Shown: positions 1 to 10,400 of the stretch, in pieces
Layout of the letters: each line of letters opens with the position of its first letter
Numbering within the stretch: the stretch's first letter is position 1
Assembly: GCA_017958015.1 (NCBI GenBank)
Contig: JAGDDM010000181.1
Location: forward strand, 1-31,049
Reading direction: 5' to 3'
From: Abditibacteriota bacterium
GTDB taxonomy: Bacteria; Armatimonadota; UBA5829
DNA: 31,049 bases
Translations under genes and position numbers: made by a program
Notes under the pieces: generated by a model
Database searches by the model: none
Seen by the model: the letters and a program-made list of their open reading frames with translations, nothing else
Told to the model about the DNA's origin: nothing

Positions 1-177
1 GTGGACGTATTCTACAAAGTGCAATACAATTACAACGACGACTTGGTATGCGGCACCTACTATACCAAGAGCGTCATAGACATTCACATGGGCATGAGAT
101 TGTTCGATTCCCAGACACTCAAACCTTATCCGGTCAACCTCAATACCAGCGTGAAAGTAAGGAACGCGATAAGATAA
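1..177 (+). CDS. 3' end of an upstream gene, truncated by the window edge; by context probably a minor pilin/pilus accessory protein
   Basis: Frame 1 is open from base 1 (VDVFYKVQYNYNDDLVCGTYYTKSVIDIHMGMRLFDSQTLKPYPVNLNTSVKVRNAIR) to TAA 175-177. The stop overlaps the next ATG (TAATG), which implies translational coupling. Not in the ORF track. The product is inferred from position only. Confidence 0.7.
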   Translation: MDVFYKVQYNYNDDLVCGTYYTKSVIDIHMGMRLFDSQTLKPYPVNLNTSVKVRNAIR

Positions 178-2342
178 TGAAGAGCTACGAAAGACGCGAC
201 AGACGAGGCGGTCAGACTCTGATCATCTCCATAATGATTATGTTTATCTTGGCTATTATCGCCACTTTGTTCGTGGCGATAGTGGCGCGGAACCTTATTC
301 AGTCCGGCAGATCGGCCCAGTCCGACGCTGTGGCGCAGATTGCCGCCGCCGGTATCAACTACGCCGACCGGATGCTCACCTCCAGCGAGGACGGCGCCGA
401 CTGGCGTCCCGTTCCGGACAACCTCGGCTGCAGCGATGGCGGAAACTTCTACGATGGCGTCGAGCCGGTGCCGGAAAACGGTTGGCAGGATATGCGGGCG
501 GATTACCCGGACTTCAAATGGCTCAGACCCTACTGGCCGGAAGAGTTGGGCGAACTTGACGACGAGGGAATAGGCTACGCCGGACCCACGGGCGGTTTCA
601 CCTGCTTCAACGCCGGCAGGGGCAGATATCTCCTCCGGGTAAGCTACAACCCCAACATGAGCGACCCCCTGTCCAAGTATATCAAGATTGAGTCCATCGG
701 CCGCTGGGGCATCTTCGATCCCGAGGACCCCACAACCTATAAAGACACCACCGACTACAAGATGAAGCGTGAGCTGACGGCCTACAAGCCCATCGGCATC
801 ACCGACTACGTCCGGTTTGTCACCAACAAGAACAATAAGCCCATGGCGGCGTCTCTGGGTGTTCCCAATTTCGCCACCGATTACGGCAGAAGCAATAATT
901 CCCGCTACGGTCTCCGGGGCGCTCCCATCAGAGTGAACGGCGACCTGAAGTGGTACGGCAATTACACGGGCAACGGCGTGAACGTGTACCTCAGAGGTCT
1001 CGAAAGCGACGACGGCGGCGATCCTCTTCCTCTCGACAGAGTTGAGGTCTCCGGCGAGATAAGCGCCGACGCGGACACCTCCGGCAACAACAAAGTTCCG
1101 GTCACAATCAACACGATTGTGGGCAACAGAACCCGGGCCGTGGCCGCCGCCGACAGTGACACCGGCGATTTCACCACCGCCTCCGGTTTCTACAGAGACG
1201 GCGATTCCGGCACCGACGCTTACAGATACGCCAGAGGCGTAAAGCGCATTGAGCCCCCGAGCATAACGAAGAAGGACCTCACCAACACCTCCACCCGGTA
1301 CAGAATGCTCACCCTGAGTTCCGGCGAGTACGTCAACGTGGGCGGCAAGAACGTCAACCTGGGCAGATACGGATGGGGCAGAGGCATCTACATCGACAAC
1401 GAAAAGGACGACCAGTCCGACTCCTTCAGTCTTTACGGCCGCTACACCGTCCGCGAGGACTGGCTCAACCCCAACAACAATATGACCAAGAGCGCCTGGC
1501 TGGGTCCCTACTACATTCCGCCGGCAGTCATCATCACCCTGGTTCCCGACGATTCCGAGGTGATTAACGTGGGCGGCAAGAACATCACCCAGTACTATTT
1601 CTACATCACCAAGGACACCTCCGACGGCAGCGTGTGGCACGACGCCGCCGGCAACGAGCGGCCCGACTGGGGCAAGACAATCAGAATGCCCTATCCGGAC
1701 CCCAAGCAGGGCAGAGTCCTTACCCGGGCCGTGGGCGCCAACGGAAACGTGCGCATCGACGGCAACGGCGTCATCTACGCCGAGGGCAACGTGAGAGTTC
1801 GGGGTATGCTTCCTCCCGGAATGAACCTCACCATCGTCTCCGGCAAGACCATCTACATCGACGGCAACATTCTGAAGTACCGCGAGGACAACCCCACGGC
1901 CAACGATCCTTACAGAGGCGCGGATCCCACCTGCGGCATCGCTCTTCTGGCCAAGGACAACATCTGCGTGAACACCACCCAGTTCCTGTCCCCGGACAAC
2001 ATCACCGTGGACGAGATCGATTCCTCCGCCGGCGACGCCACCTCACCGGTGCTGGTGCTCAACCAGAATTCGAGATTTATTTCCAAGTTCGAGTTCGGTC
2101 CCTACGAGTCCGAAAACGGCAGAGACAACAAAACCGCAACCTCATGCTCCGCCACGCGGGGCAGGGCGGCGCCTCCTACATCAACGGCTTCATCAACAGA
2201 GAGGCCATCGAGTGGAACACCAAGGTCAGCGACATGTATCCCCTCATTTGGGGCGTGGGCGACCCCAGATTTGACGGCGTTTACGGCTACGGCAGCGATT
2301 CCGCCATGCTGGGACAGGTGTTCGACATCACCGACGACATAA
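177..2342 (+). CDS. Large PilX/GspK-like minor pilin, N-terminal part (reading authentic to about 2132; the last ~70 codons appear to be out-of-frame run-on)
   Basis: ATG 177 is coupled to the upstream stop. The N-terminus is a class III-like leader: basic MKSYERRDRRGG, then hydrophobic QTLIISIMIMFILAIIATLFVAIVA with no Glu5, as in the PilX/GspK type, then ARNL...AAQIAAAGINYA. Later beta-rich motifs GNGVIYAEGNVRVRG, LTIVSGKTIYIDGNI and IALLAKDNICVN. Sequence turns Ser/Thr/Pro junk after ...ENGRDNK. Confidence 0.7.
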   Translation: MKSYERRDRRGGQTLIISIMIMFILAIIATLFVAIVARNLIQSGRSAQSDAVAQIAAAGINYADRMLTSSEDGADWRPVPDNLGCSDGGNFYDGVEPVPENGWQDMRADYPDFKWLRPYWPEELGELDDEGIGYAGPTGGFTCFNAGRGRYLLRVSYNPNMSDPLSKYIKIESIGRWGIFDPEDPTTYKDTTDYKMKRELTAYKPIGITDYVRFVTNKNNKPMAASLGVPNFATDYGRSNNSRYGLRGAPIRVNGDLKWYGNYTGNGVNVYLRGLESDDGGDPLPLDRVEVSGEISADADTSGNNKVPVTINTIVGNRTRAVAAADSDTGDFTTASGFYRDGDSGTDAYRYARGVKRIEPPSITKKDLTNTSTRYRMLTLSSGEYVNVGGKNVNLGRYGWGRGIYIDNEKDDQSDSFSLYGRYTVREDWLNPNNNMTKSAWLGPYYIPPAVIITLVPDDSEVINVGGKNITQYYFYITKDTSDGSVWHDAAGNERPDWGKTIRMPYPDPKQGRVLTRAVGANGNVRIDGNGVIYAEGNVRVRGMLPPGMNLTIVSGKTIYIDGNILKYREDNPTANDPYRGADPTCGIALLAKDNICVNTTQFLSPDNITVDEIDSSAGDATSPVLVLNQNSRFISKFEFGPYESENGRDNKTATSCSATRGRAAPPTSTASSTERPSSGTPRSATCIPSFGAWATPDLTAFTATAAIPPCWDRCSTSPTT

Positions 2343-2902
2343 AGGCCAACCTCTACGAGCTTGTGGGCAAGACCAACACCTTCGAGATAGCTCTGGACAA
2401 GGTCTACACCAGAGAGAACTACGTTTTGAGCTCCGCCGCCATCGTGCCCAACGATGTGCGAATCGAGGCGATTATGTACGCCCAGGACGGCAGTTTCTTC
2501 GTCATTCCGGGCAGATGGTTCAACAACGACAGCTCCGACATTCCCGGAAGAGACAGACCCGCCGGCACCGACGACATGTTCCCCTACTACGGCGAGCCTC
2601 TGGACATCAAGATTACAATCGACGGCGCCGTGGCCGAAAACGCCACCGCCTCCATCGGCGACGTGACCCAGTGGTCCGAAAAGTGGTGCGGAATCCCGAG
2701 TCACTACGGCTCCAGCAGCACCACAACGGCCCACGCCGGCGACGGCATCACGTTCCTCTACGACGACCACGCGGGTTGGCCTCTTGAGGACCTGAACGAC
2801 CCCACCAGCGCGGTGAGATTTGACTACTACGGCAGAGTTCTGCCCCTGGCTCCGAAGCTCCCGGTTTGCGGCAGCCTGATATATTCCGGCGACATAATGT
2901 AG
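2132..2902 (+). CDS. C-terminal part of the same PilX-like protein, in the -1 frame (joined product 177-2902, about 908 aa)
   Basis: From about 2132 this frame has the same C-ending codon style and a plausible sequence (NRNLMLRHAGQGGASYINGFINR...LPLAPKLPVCGSLIYSGDIM*). Adding one A to AAAA at 2130-2133 gives continuous GRDNKNRNLMLRH. TAG 2900-2902 is followed by the RBS of the next gene. Confidence 0.7.
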   Translation, partial: NRNLMLRHAGQGGASYINGFINREAIEWNTKVSDMYPLIWGVGDPRFDGVYGYGSDSAMLGQVFDITDDIKANLYELVGKTNTFEIALDKVYTRENYVLSSAAIVPNDVRIEAIMYAQDGSFFVIPGRWFNNDSSDIPGRDRPAGTDDMFPYYGEPLDIKITIDGAVAENATASIGDVTQWSEKWCGIPSHYGSSSTTTAHAGDGITFLYDDHAGWPLEDLNDPTSAVRFDYYGRVLPLAPKLPVCGSLIYSGDIM

Positions 2903-2913
2903 CGGAGGTAATT

Positions 2914-5900
2914 ATGAGAAATCGTATTTTGACCCTTTTGATTTCGGCGGTTATGATTTCGTCGATAGCTTTATCGGCGGCGGACGCCGGCGCGTTCAGC
3001 TACTCCACGAAGCGCCGGAGAATCAACTGCGCCGTCATTATGATCCCCGGCGTGAACGGTTCCGAGATGGCCAATCATCAACTGAGCGGTCTCGTGGCCC
3101 CCAGCTACAACATCGACACCGGCAAGCTTCTTTCCGACCCGGGCACCGCCCACATTTTCTGGAAGCTGGACAATGACAGCCTCCTGAAACCCGCGGGCTG
3201 GTCTCTTCAGAACCCCCTGTCCAACATAACCGTGGCCACGGACTACGGCAAGTTCAACGACAGATACTGGGTGCTGAACCTTGACAGCATCACCGACCTC
3301 ACGGGTCTGGACGTGGCCTATCTGCCCCTGAGCGGCTATGTGAAGCTCACGGACATGGAGCGGGAAAAACTGAGAAGATTCGTTGACACCGGCGGCGTCC
3401 TTTGGATTGACTTCGCCGGCGGCAGTATGCTGGATTTCGACAACACTTTCTTCATCAGAGATATGACGACGGTTCGGGCCGGCGGCACCTCCATGTATCC
3501 CGCCGGAAACAGATACCATCCGATTCTCTCCAGCCCCAATTGGCTTGACGAGAGAGAGATTCCCTACATCGGTTGGAACGCGGGAAGCTATTCCTGCAAC
3601 CCGGGCTTCGACATCAAGAACATGGGAGCCCTCAGAGAGGGTAATTTCAACTTCGATTCCCTCCTTCCCATCACCGTGAACTCCGCCGACGGCAGAGCCT
3701 CCATTGCCGGCAACACCTACGGCAGCGGCAAGGTGGTTATGACCGCCGACTTTGTGGGTATGGGCATCATAAAGAAAAACGACTTTTTCTCCGCCATAGA
3801 CATGAAGCTGGGCTACAACATTCTGGCATGGTCCTCCTCCTGGACCGAGTTCAGAAAGGGCGCCCGCAGAACCGCCTCCGGCATCGACAGCGTGGGCGGC
3901 GGCAAACTTGTGGAAACATGGACTCTCCCGGCTCCCGCGTTGAGCCGCAGCGAAGTCTCTCCGGTTGTCTACAAGGGCGTTGCTTTCTACACCGCCGACA
4001 ACGGTCTTTACGCCGTTGATTTGCTGCCCAACAGAGACCTTGACGGCGACGGCGACGTTGACGACGGCGTCAAAGACAGCACCCTGGGCATGGAAAACAA
4101 GGGCCAGGACGTAATTTGGTACCTTCAATCTCCGCCCGGTATAAAAATTTCCGCTCCCACTGTGGTTTCAATGCTCAATGTGAGTACTTTTAATGGCGGA
4201 ACCGGAAATCCGGTCATTGACGCTGTTCTGATTACCATGAACGTCAACGGCAGTACTCTTCTGCGAGGTTTATTCGCTTTCCCCACCGACGGCAACGGTC
4301 ATTTAGCCGGAAATTACGAACAGATACCTTATATTCAGGATGCGCCCTTGTTTACGAGCGGCGGTTCGGAGGATTTTGCTCCCAGAGCGCCCATTTACCA
4401 AAACGGCTGGATATACTATGTCAGCTCAGAAGGTAAGCTCAATGCCTTTAACCCCGTGATTGTCGCGGCTGCGGGTTATAGCGATTATGCCAAATACAGC
4501 GTTCCCTTCACGTCCATAGGTTCAACTTACCTTGGCGCGGTCAAGAGCGCTCCTTTCTTCGGCTACGTGAAGAACGAGACCACCGGCGCCACCTTGGGTA
4601 TGGTATATTGGGTCACTCCCGATTTGAAGCCCTCCGGCGTTCAGAGAGACACGGACAACGACTGTATCTACGGCATTCCGGTTTCCGTGGCGGGTGATAA
4701 GCTGAAAGTTACTCAGAGAGAGACAAACACCTGGTATCTGGAGACATCTTACAAGACCGCTTTCATAAGCGAAAATCCGGCCATATCCATTTGGTTCAGA
4801 GACAGAGACGGCGACCCCCACAGCATCGACGATTACTGCACCGTGGATATCAACGAGCCCATTTCCGGAACTCAGCCTCAGCCCGGCAGAATCAAACTTA
4901 CCTTCAAGAGCGGTATGGCCGATAAGATTGATTACGACGCCACAATCTACGCTTCCTATTCCATGTATTACAGGGATAAGCAGGGTCAAGGCGGTATTGT
5001 CTACATGTCTTCGCCCACCCGCACCGTTCTCACTCCTTCCTCTTCCACGGGAGAGCATGAGAGCACCAGAGTTCCCAAGACCGAGGTTGTGGGCACTCCT
5101 TCCATGGGTCCGGACAACACCATTTACATCTCCGGCCACAGATCCGACGGTTACGCCAACTCCGTCTACGCCGTAAAGAATATGGGCACCGGCGAGCAGA
5201 TTACCCGCTGGAACTACATGATTCACAACGGTGTTTCCGCCGGTGACGCCAACGGCGTGGAACTTCCTCCGGTGATTATCCACAAGGACACCGAAACGGG
5301 CAACGTCTACCGCATGGAGAACCCGCAACTTACATCCTCCCCGACTTACGCCGGCGGTAAGGTATTCGTAACCGTCAGCGGCGACACCAACGGCAACGCT
5401 CCCAGAGGCGCGCTCCTCTGCCTGAACGCCAACCACAACTTCACAATCAGAGTCACCAAAAACGCGGGTACCCACCTCGGCGGCAGCAATGCCAGCCAGG
5501 GCGCCAGCTTTATTGACGAGACCACCGGCAGACATAAACAGGTCCGCATTTGGCAGCCCAACATTTTGGAGAACCGCAACACTCCCGGACAGCAGCTCCA
5601 GCCCGCTCAGGCGGCGGTGGGCGTGCCCAGCGACATGATTGACTACAACAACGGTATCATAACGATTACCAACTTCGAGCGGATTAAGCTTCGGGGCACC
5701 ATGAGCGCCAACGGCAGACTCACCCCGTCGTTGCCGGTTCACATCTTCATTGACAACGTGGAAGTGCCGGTGGACTACTCCACCTGGGCGCCCACGGTTG
5801 CGGCGGAGACATACGGCTACGGCGGTTACGCCGGTCAGAAGAGCTCCGCCCACAGCTCCGACTGCGTGGATCTCAGCGGTTGGAACAATTTGCTTTGGTA

Positions 5901-7485
5901 CTACGTCATACCGGATAGCACCATATCCTCCCCGCCGGTTGTGATAGGCAACACGGTTTACGTCATGGCTGACAACGGCGATATGTACGCCCTGAACGCC
6001 GAGACCGGCGAATCCAACGCCACCGAGACCACCAACAAGCCCGTGTGGCAGTGGAACTCCGGTTCAACGTCCGGCTCCGGCGATCAGTACATGCTTTCCC
6101 CGGCGGCCTCCGACGGCGTTCTCTTGGTTCCCACCAAGAACGGCCTCACGGCCTTCGGCAATTCCTACACCCTGGTTGCCGACGACACCAGAGTGGCGGA
6201 GATCGACGGCGGCGGCGATTTGGCTTGGATGGCGGACACCGTGCGTGTTCCCGCCACGATTCCCGCCTCCAAATCCGACAGCACCTCCACAGTTGACCTC
6301 AATATCACCGGCGCCAACATGGCCAAGTATCTCGAGGGCAACGATATGCTCCTGGTTTGCACCGGCGGCAACTACGTTTGCAGAATCGACAAGTCCGCGG
6401 AAGTTTCCATGCTTTCCGCTCCCGACTCCAAGAGTAACAACGTAACCCGCTACATCCGCTGGTTCTACGACAAGTTCACCGATCCCAAGAACCTGCTGGC
6501 ATCCGGCGGCGACACGGCTCTGCGGCATCCCACGGACGCTCAGATTTGGTCCGAGACGGAAACAGCCGGCGGCAAGCAGAGAATCGTTGTTCACTGCCTC
6601 ATTGCCGACAGCGGCAACTACAGAATAGTTGACCTTGTGTACAGATTCGACACGAGCGGCAACATCATCACAAGCGGCGAGTATTCCGTGGATCCCTCCA
6701 CCGGCTTCGTGCTTCCGGAGCTCAACTGGGTCACCAAGACCGACGCCACGGATCAGAAGTTCACCTTCAACAGCGTGCAGCTGGGCGAGGACAACACTTC
6801 CGTTTGGGCCGCGGCTTCCAACTACCGCACCGGCACCGATACGGACATTACCGGCAATTACAGCGTCACGGATCCCATGTACAATTCCGCCCTTGGCGGC
6901 GCCATCGTGGCGGTTAAGTACAGAGAGGGAACAAACGGCGCTTGGAACTACAACGCCAAGGGCTGCGGCGAGATTTTCGCCAGATGCGACGCTCTCGTTT
7001 GGAGCGGCAACAAAGAAACGCCCATTCTGAACCCGCGATTCTTTAAGGTTGTGAACAAGACCGACGGCACCCACCTTCTGGTCTGCGACAACAACGGCAT
7101 ACATTACACCGCGGCTCTTGCCGGCGGAACTTCTCTCCGGGTAACGGATTCTCTCACCGACGAGAGATACCGCTCCATGTACAGAGAGATTATCGACGAG
7201 AAAACCGGCGTGGCGTCGGACACCACTCTGACGCTGGGTATTCCTCTCCGGGCCTCCTGCGTTGAGCTTTTGCCCAACGGCAACTGGCTGGTGACAAACG
7301 GCTACGTGGGCGTCGCCCCCGACGGCGGCAACTTCTCCGGCGAGGTTTTCGAGTATGACCCGGAAAGTAAAAAGATTGTCTGGACGACGCCGGAGCTTAT
7401 GTGCCCCGACAACACGCCCGAAGATTGGTATCAGGCGACGGGCGGAACGAAACTGAACCACCCGCGGTCCGCACTCAGGAGATAA
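2914..7485 (+). CDS. Giant secreted protein (about 1523 aa): signal peptide, DUF4159-like domain, PQQ-type beta-propeller repeats, C-terminal NHL-like propeller; PilY1-like pilus accessory/adhesin candidate
   Basis: RBS GGAGG 2904-2908 and ATG 2914 (track start 2866 is too early). Signal peptide MRNRILTLLISAVMISSIALSAADA. DUF4159-like motif LTDMEREKLRRFVDTGGVLWIDF. PQQ-family motifs WTEFRKGARRT, SPVVYKGVAFY, SSPTYAGGKVFV and SSPPVVIGNTVYVMADNGDMYALNAETG. NHL-like motifs LRHPTDAQ, LIADSGNYRIV, ELLPNGNWLVTNG and LNHPRSA. Ca-loop DLDGDGDVDDG. Confidence 0.75.
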   Translation: MRNRILTLLISAVMISSIALSAADAGAFSYSTKRRRINCAVIMIPGVNGSEMANHQLSGLVAPSYNIDTGKLLSDPGTAHIFWKLDNDSLLKPAGWSLQNPLSNITVATDYGKFNDRYWVLNLDSITDLTGLDVAYLPLSGYVKLTDMEREKLRRFVDTGGVLWIDFAGGSMLDFDNTFFIRDMTTVRAGGTSMYPAGNRYHPILSSPNWLDEREIPYIGWNAGSYSCNPGFDIKNMGALREGNFNFDSLLPITVNSADGRASIAGNTYGSGKVVMTADFVGMGIIKKNDFFSAIDMKLGYNILAWSSSWTEFRKGARRTASGIDSVGGGKLVETWTLPAPALSRSEVSPVVYKGVAFYTADNGLYAVDLLPNRDLDGDGDVDDGVKDSTLGMENKGQDVIWYLQSPPGIKISAPTVVSMLNVSTFNGGTGNPVIDAVLITMNVNGSTLLRGLFAFPTDGNGHLAGNYEQIPYIQDAPLFTSGGSEDFAPRAPIYQNGWIYYVSSEGKLNAFNPVIVAAAGYSDYAKYSVPFTSIGSTYLGAVKSAPFFGYVKNETTGATLGMVYWVTPDLKPSGVQRDTDNDCIYGIPVSVAGDKLKVTQRETNTWYLETSYKTAFISENPAISIWFRDRDGDPHSIDDYCTVDINEPISGTQPQPGRIKLTFKSGMADKIDYDATIYASYSMYYRDKQGQGGIVYMSSPTRTVLTPSSSTGEHESTRVPKTEVVGTPSMGPDNTIYISGHRSDGYANSVYAVKNMGTGEQITRWNYMIHNGVSAGDANGVELPPVIIHKDTETGNVYRMENPQLTSSPTYAGGKVFVTVSGDTNGNAPRGALLCLNANHNFTIRVTKNAGTHLGGSNASQGASFIDETTGRHKQVRIWQPNILENRNTPGQQLQPAQAAVGVPSDMIDYNNGIITITNFERIKLRGTMSANGRLTPSLPVHIFIDNVEVPVDYSTWAPTVAAETYGYGGYAGQKSSAHSSDCVDLSGWNNLLWYYVIPDSTISSPPVVIGNTVYVMADNGDMYALNAETGESNATETTNKPVWQWNSGSTSGSGDQYMLSPAASDGVLLVPTKNGLTAFGNSYTLVADDTRVAEIDGGGDLAWMADTVRVPATIPASKSDSTSTVDLNITGANMAKYLEGNDMLLVCTGGNYVCRIDKSAEVSMLSAPDSKSNNVTRYIRWFYDKFTDPKNLLASGGDTALRHPTDAQIWSETETAGGKQRIVVHCLIADSGNYRIVDLVYRFDTSGNIITSGEYSVDPSTGFVLPELNWVTKTDATDQKFTFNSVQLGEDNTSVWAAASNYRTGTDTDITGNYSVTDPMYNSALGGAIVAVKYREGTNGAWNYNAKGCGEIFARCDALVWSGNKETPILNPRFFKVVNKTDGTHLLVCDNNGIHYTAALAGGTSLRVTDSLTDERYRSMYREIIDEKTGVASDTTLTLGIPLRASCVELLPNGNWLVTNGYVGVAPDGGNFSGEVFEYDPESKKIVWTTPELMCPDNTPEDWYQATGGTKLNHPRSALRR

Positions 7486-7489
7486 TGAA

Positions 7490-10400
7490 ATGGCAGTAAA
7501 ATCGAAAAAAACCCTTTACACGGCAATAAGCGTGTTGGCCCTCGCGGGGCTTATCGTCTCCGGCGCTTTTACCGATACCTTCTGGCAGTCCTATTGTTTC
7601 GACCGGTTCCACACCGGCCAGAACAACGACGCCAACCATATCAAAAATCCCGAGACTTTGGACCTTGTGTGGGTGTTTCCCCGGGACGTGAGCACCAAGA
7701 GCTCCCAGGTGGTGGATAACGTGAACGGACGCGCCACCGGCAGCTGGACCGTCAGGGACAGCGAAGGCGCCTACATAAGCGACGAGGACGCCGAGGCCCA
7801 GGAAGCGGAAGGAATCGAAAATCCCATCGGCAACTTCAGCTACACCGCGGCCTTGCCCAGCGACAGTACCAATCCCGACAAGCCCTTCACCTGGACTTTC
7901 AGCGTCACCGCCGACATGCTGGCCAACACCCACTTCTATAAGATTCAGGTTTGGATTCCCGCTCTCACCGAGGAAGAACAGCTGGATTTGGGTTACACTT
8001 TTTCCCAAAACGCGGTCTACACCGTGAGAGACGACTACGGCGAAAAAACCTATTCTTTCAATCAGCGTGACACCGGCGGTTGGCAGGAGCTTACCTACGA
8101 AGCTCTCCGCATAACGAGACCGGGCGCGTACAAAGTGACTCTTTCCGCCATTACCGGCGATAACTTCAATCCCGAGGCCGACAGCGGCGAATCCCCCTCC
8201 ATAGCGGTTGCCGCCGACGCGGTTCGCCTCGTTCCCGTCACCGGCATGGAGGTTTATTCTTCTCCCGCCAGCGGCTCCATTCCCTGGTCCACCACCGTCA
8301 CCTACGGTTTGGGCGACGGGGAGGGCAACGCTCAGCAGACGGAAACATACAGCACGGACGCTTTGCCGGTTGTCTGTGTGGGCACCGTTGAGCCGCCCTT
8401 CGGCAACGGCATGGCCTCCATCAACTCCGGCGCGATTTACTGCGTCAACAGCGTAACTCCCATCAACCAGACCGCCGCGAGCAGCTCCAAGAAAGGCTTC
8501 TTCGACGCTCTCTCGGAAAATCTGGGCACATATATATGGCGTTATCCCGCGGCTAACCCCGACGACAGAGACGAACTTGACGGTCCCGTTATGAACGGCG
8601 TCTATTCCTCTCCTCTCGTTGACACCAGCCACCCCGGCAGCCCGGTTGTGTACGTATCCGCTCAGGACGGCCAGATTTACTGTTTGGACGCCGTAACGGG
8701 CGAGCGGATTTGGTCCGGCCCCGGCATCACCATGGGCGAAAACTCCGCCTCCACCAACTACGAAGGCACCTGGGAAACCGTCAGCGGCGTTGACGAGTGC
8801 TTCGGCGGATCTTATAAGTGGGCCGCCGGTACCACGGAAAACGACAACGTGGCTTCCGTAACCTGGAACTTCGCGGAAAAACTGGACACGAGCATGGTGA
8901 GACAGCCCGGCGACGCCGGCGTCGCCTATGAGGTCTACGTGTGGATTCCCAGCAATAACGGCACCGGCGTGACCCAGTCCGCCAACTATACCGTCACCTA
9001 TCAGGACGCCCAGGGCAATCCCGCCACCGACAACGTGAAGCTGGATATGAGCACCTACAACTTCTCCGGTAAATGGCAGCAGTTGGGCGGCTCCTATTTC
9101 AACGTTCAGAGCGTAAAACTCACCAACAAAACATCCGACGGCGGCAAGGTTTTCGCCGACGCGGTTAAGATTGTTCCCGCCGAGTGCGGCGTCTTCGGAT
9201 ATTCCTCTCCCATTACCGATGTAAGGGACGACGGCACCGGTGTTTCCACCAAGGTATTTGCCTGCACGGCCTCCGGCAGAGTCATCTGCATGTCCGCCAA
9301 CGCGGCTGAAGAGGGCATCGGCAAAACGGAATGGGCCTGCCCCAAACTGAGAACGAAAGCCGTCATCGAGGAAGAGGATGACTACACCGAACGGGGCTTC
9401 GGCTCCGTGGGCGGCAGTTTGGCCTACACCTCCAACGGCAACTACATCATCGGCAGCGCCATACAGGTGGGCGCGTATGAGGATGTCAGCCTCTTCTGTA
9501 TCGACACCGAGGGCAACCTCAAGTGGAAAGTGGGCGGCGACTACGGATTTACATCATCGCCCACCATCGGCGCCGACGGCAACATCTATATCGGCGACAT
9601 CGGCGGTTATTACAGGTGCTTCAGAATGGCGGACGGCAGTGAACTGTGGTCCAACCCCGGCACATCGGGTTATGCCGAAGGTCTCAGCCCCATTCCTCTG
9701 GGCGCTTTCAGATATTCCACCAGCGCTTTCGGCATCGCCAAGTCCCCCGCTTACAGCGGCGGAGATTTCCGCACGTGGATAGGCTCTTCCGACGGCAAGA
9801 TTTATTCCTTCAAGATAAATGAGGGCCTCTCCGAGCACAGAATGTACACGGAATACAACGACGAGGGCGAACAGAAATCGGTTCACAACGCTCCCCCGAG
9901 ATACGTCGAACCCAACTTCTATTCCGCCATCGAGGGTTCCGTGGCCGTGACGGGTCTCAATCCCGGAAACGTCACTACCATGTACGTGGGCGACATGAAC
10001 GGCGTTCTCCAATGGAGAAACGCCGCCCACGGCACATCTTCCGATACGGTTGATGTTATAAACAATGTGGGCAAGTGGAAATACGACGGCTATCAGACCG
10101 ACGGATTCCTCTTCTCCTCCCCGAACCTTACCACCGTTACCGCCGATATGGCGGCGGCCAATGTGGACTGGGTCTACATCGGCGGCTCCGACGGCAGAGT
10201 CTACGCCTTCTCCGACGAGGAGGGCGCCTGGGGCGGACACTGGCACGGCGGCCAGTGGCCCTTCGACGGCGAGCCCGGCGACAGAAAAGTTTCCTCCCGC
10301 TCCGCGGTGGAGACGGACATTCAGTTCGACATATTCAGCAAAGACTTTGCCCGGGCTTCCGAGTACGGCGACCCGGATCCTCATACAAATGACTGCTATC

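Noticed and set aside
48-176. ORF-track start at 48 for the PilX-like gene
   Set aside because: It overlaps the upstream gene's 3' end; ATG 177 is coupled to that stop and gives a proper pilin-like leader.
2123-2140. Programmed -1 ribosomal frameshift
   Set aside because: No X_XXY_YYZ slippery heptamer and no obvious downstream stimulatory hairpin; a simple one-base loss explains the sequence.
2133-2342. C-terminal ~70 aa of the 764-aa ORF as a Ser/Thr-rich domain
   Set aside because: It is the out-of-frame reading of the true C-terminal region after the frameshift.
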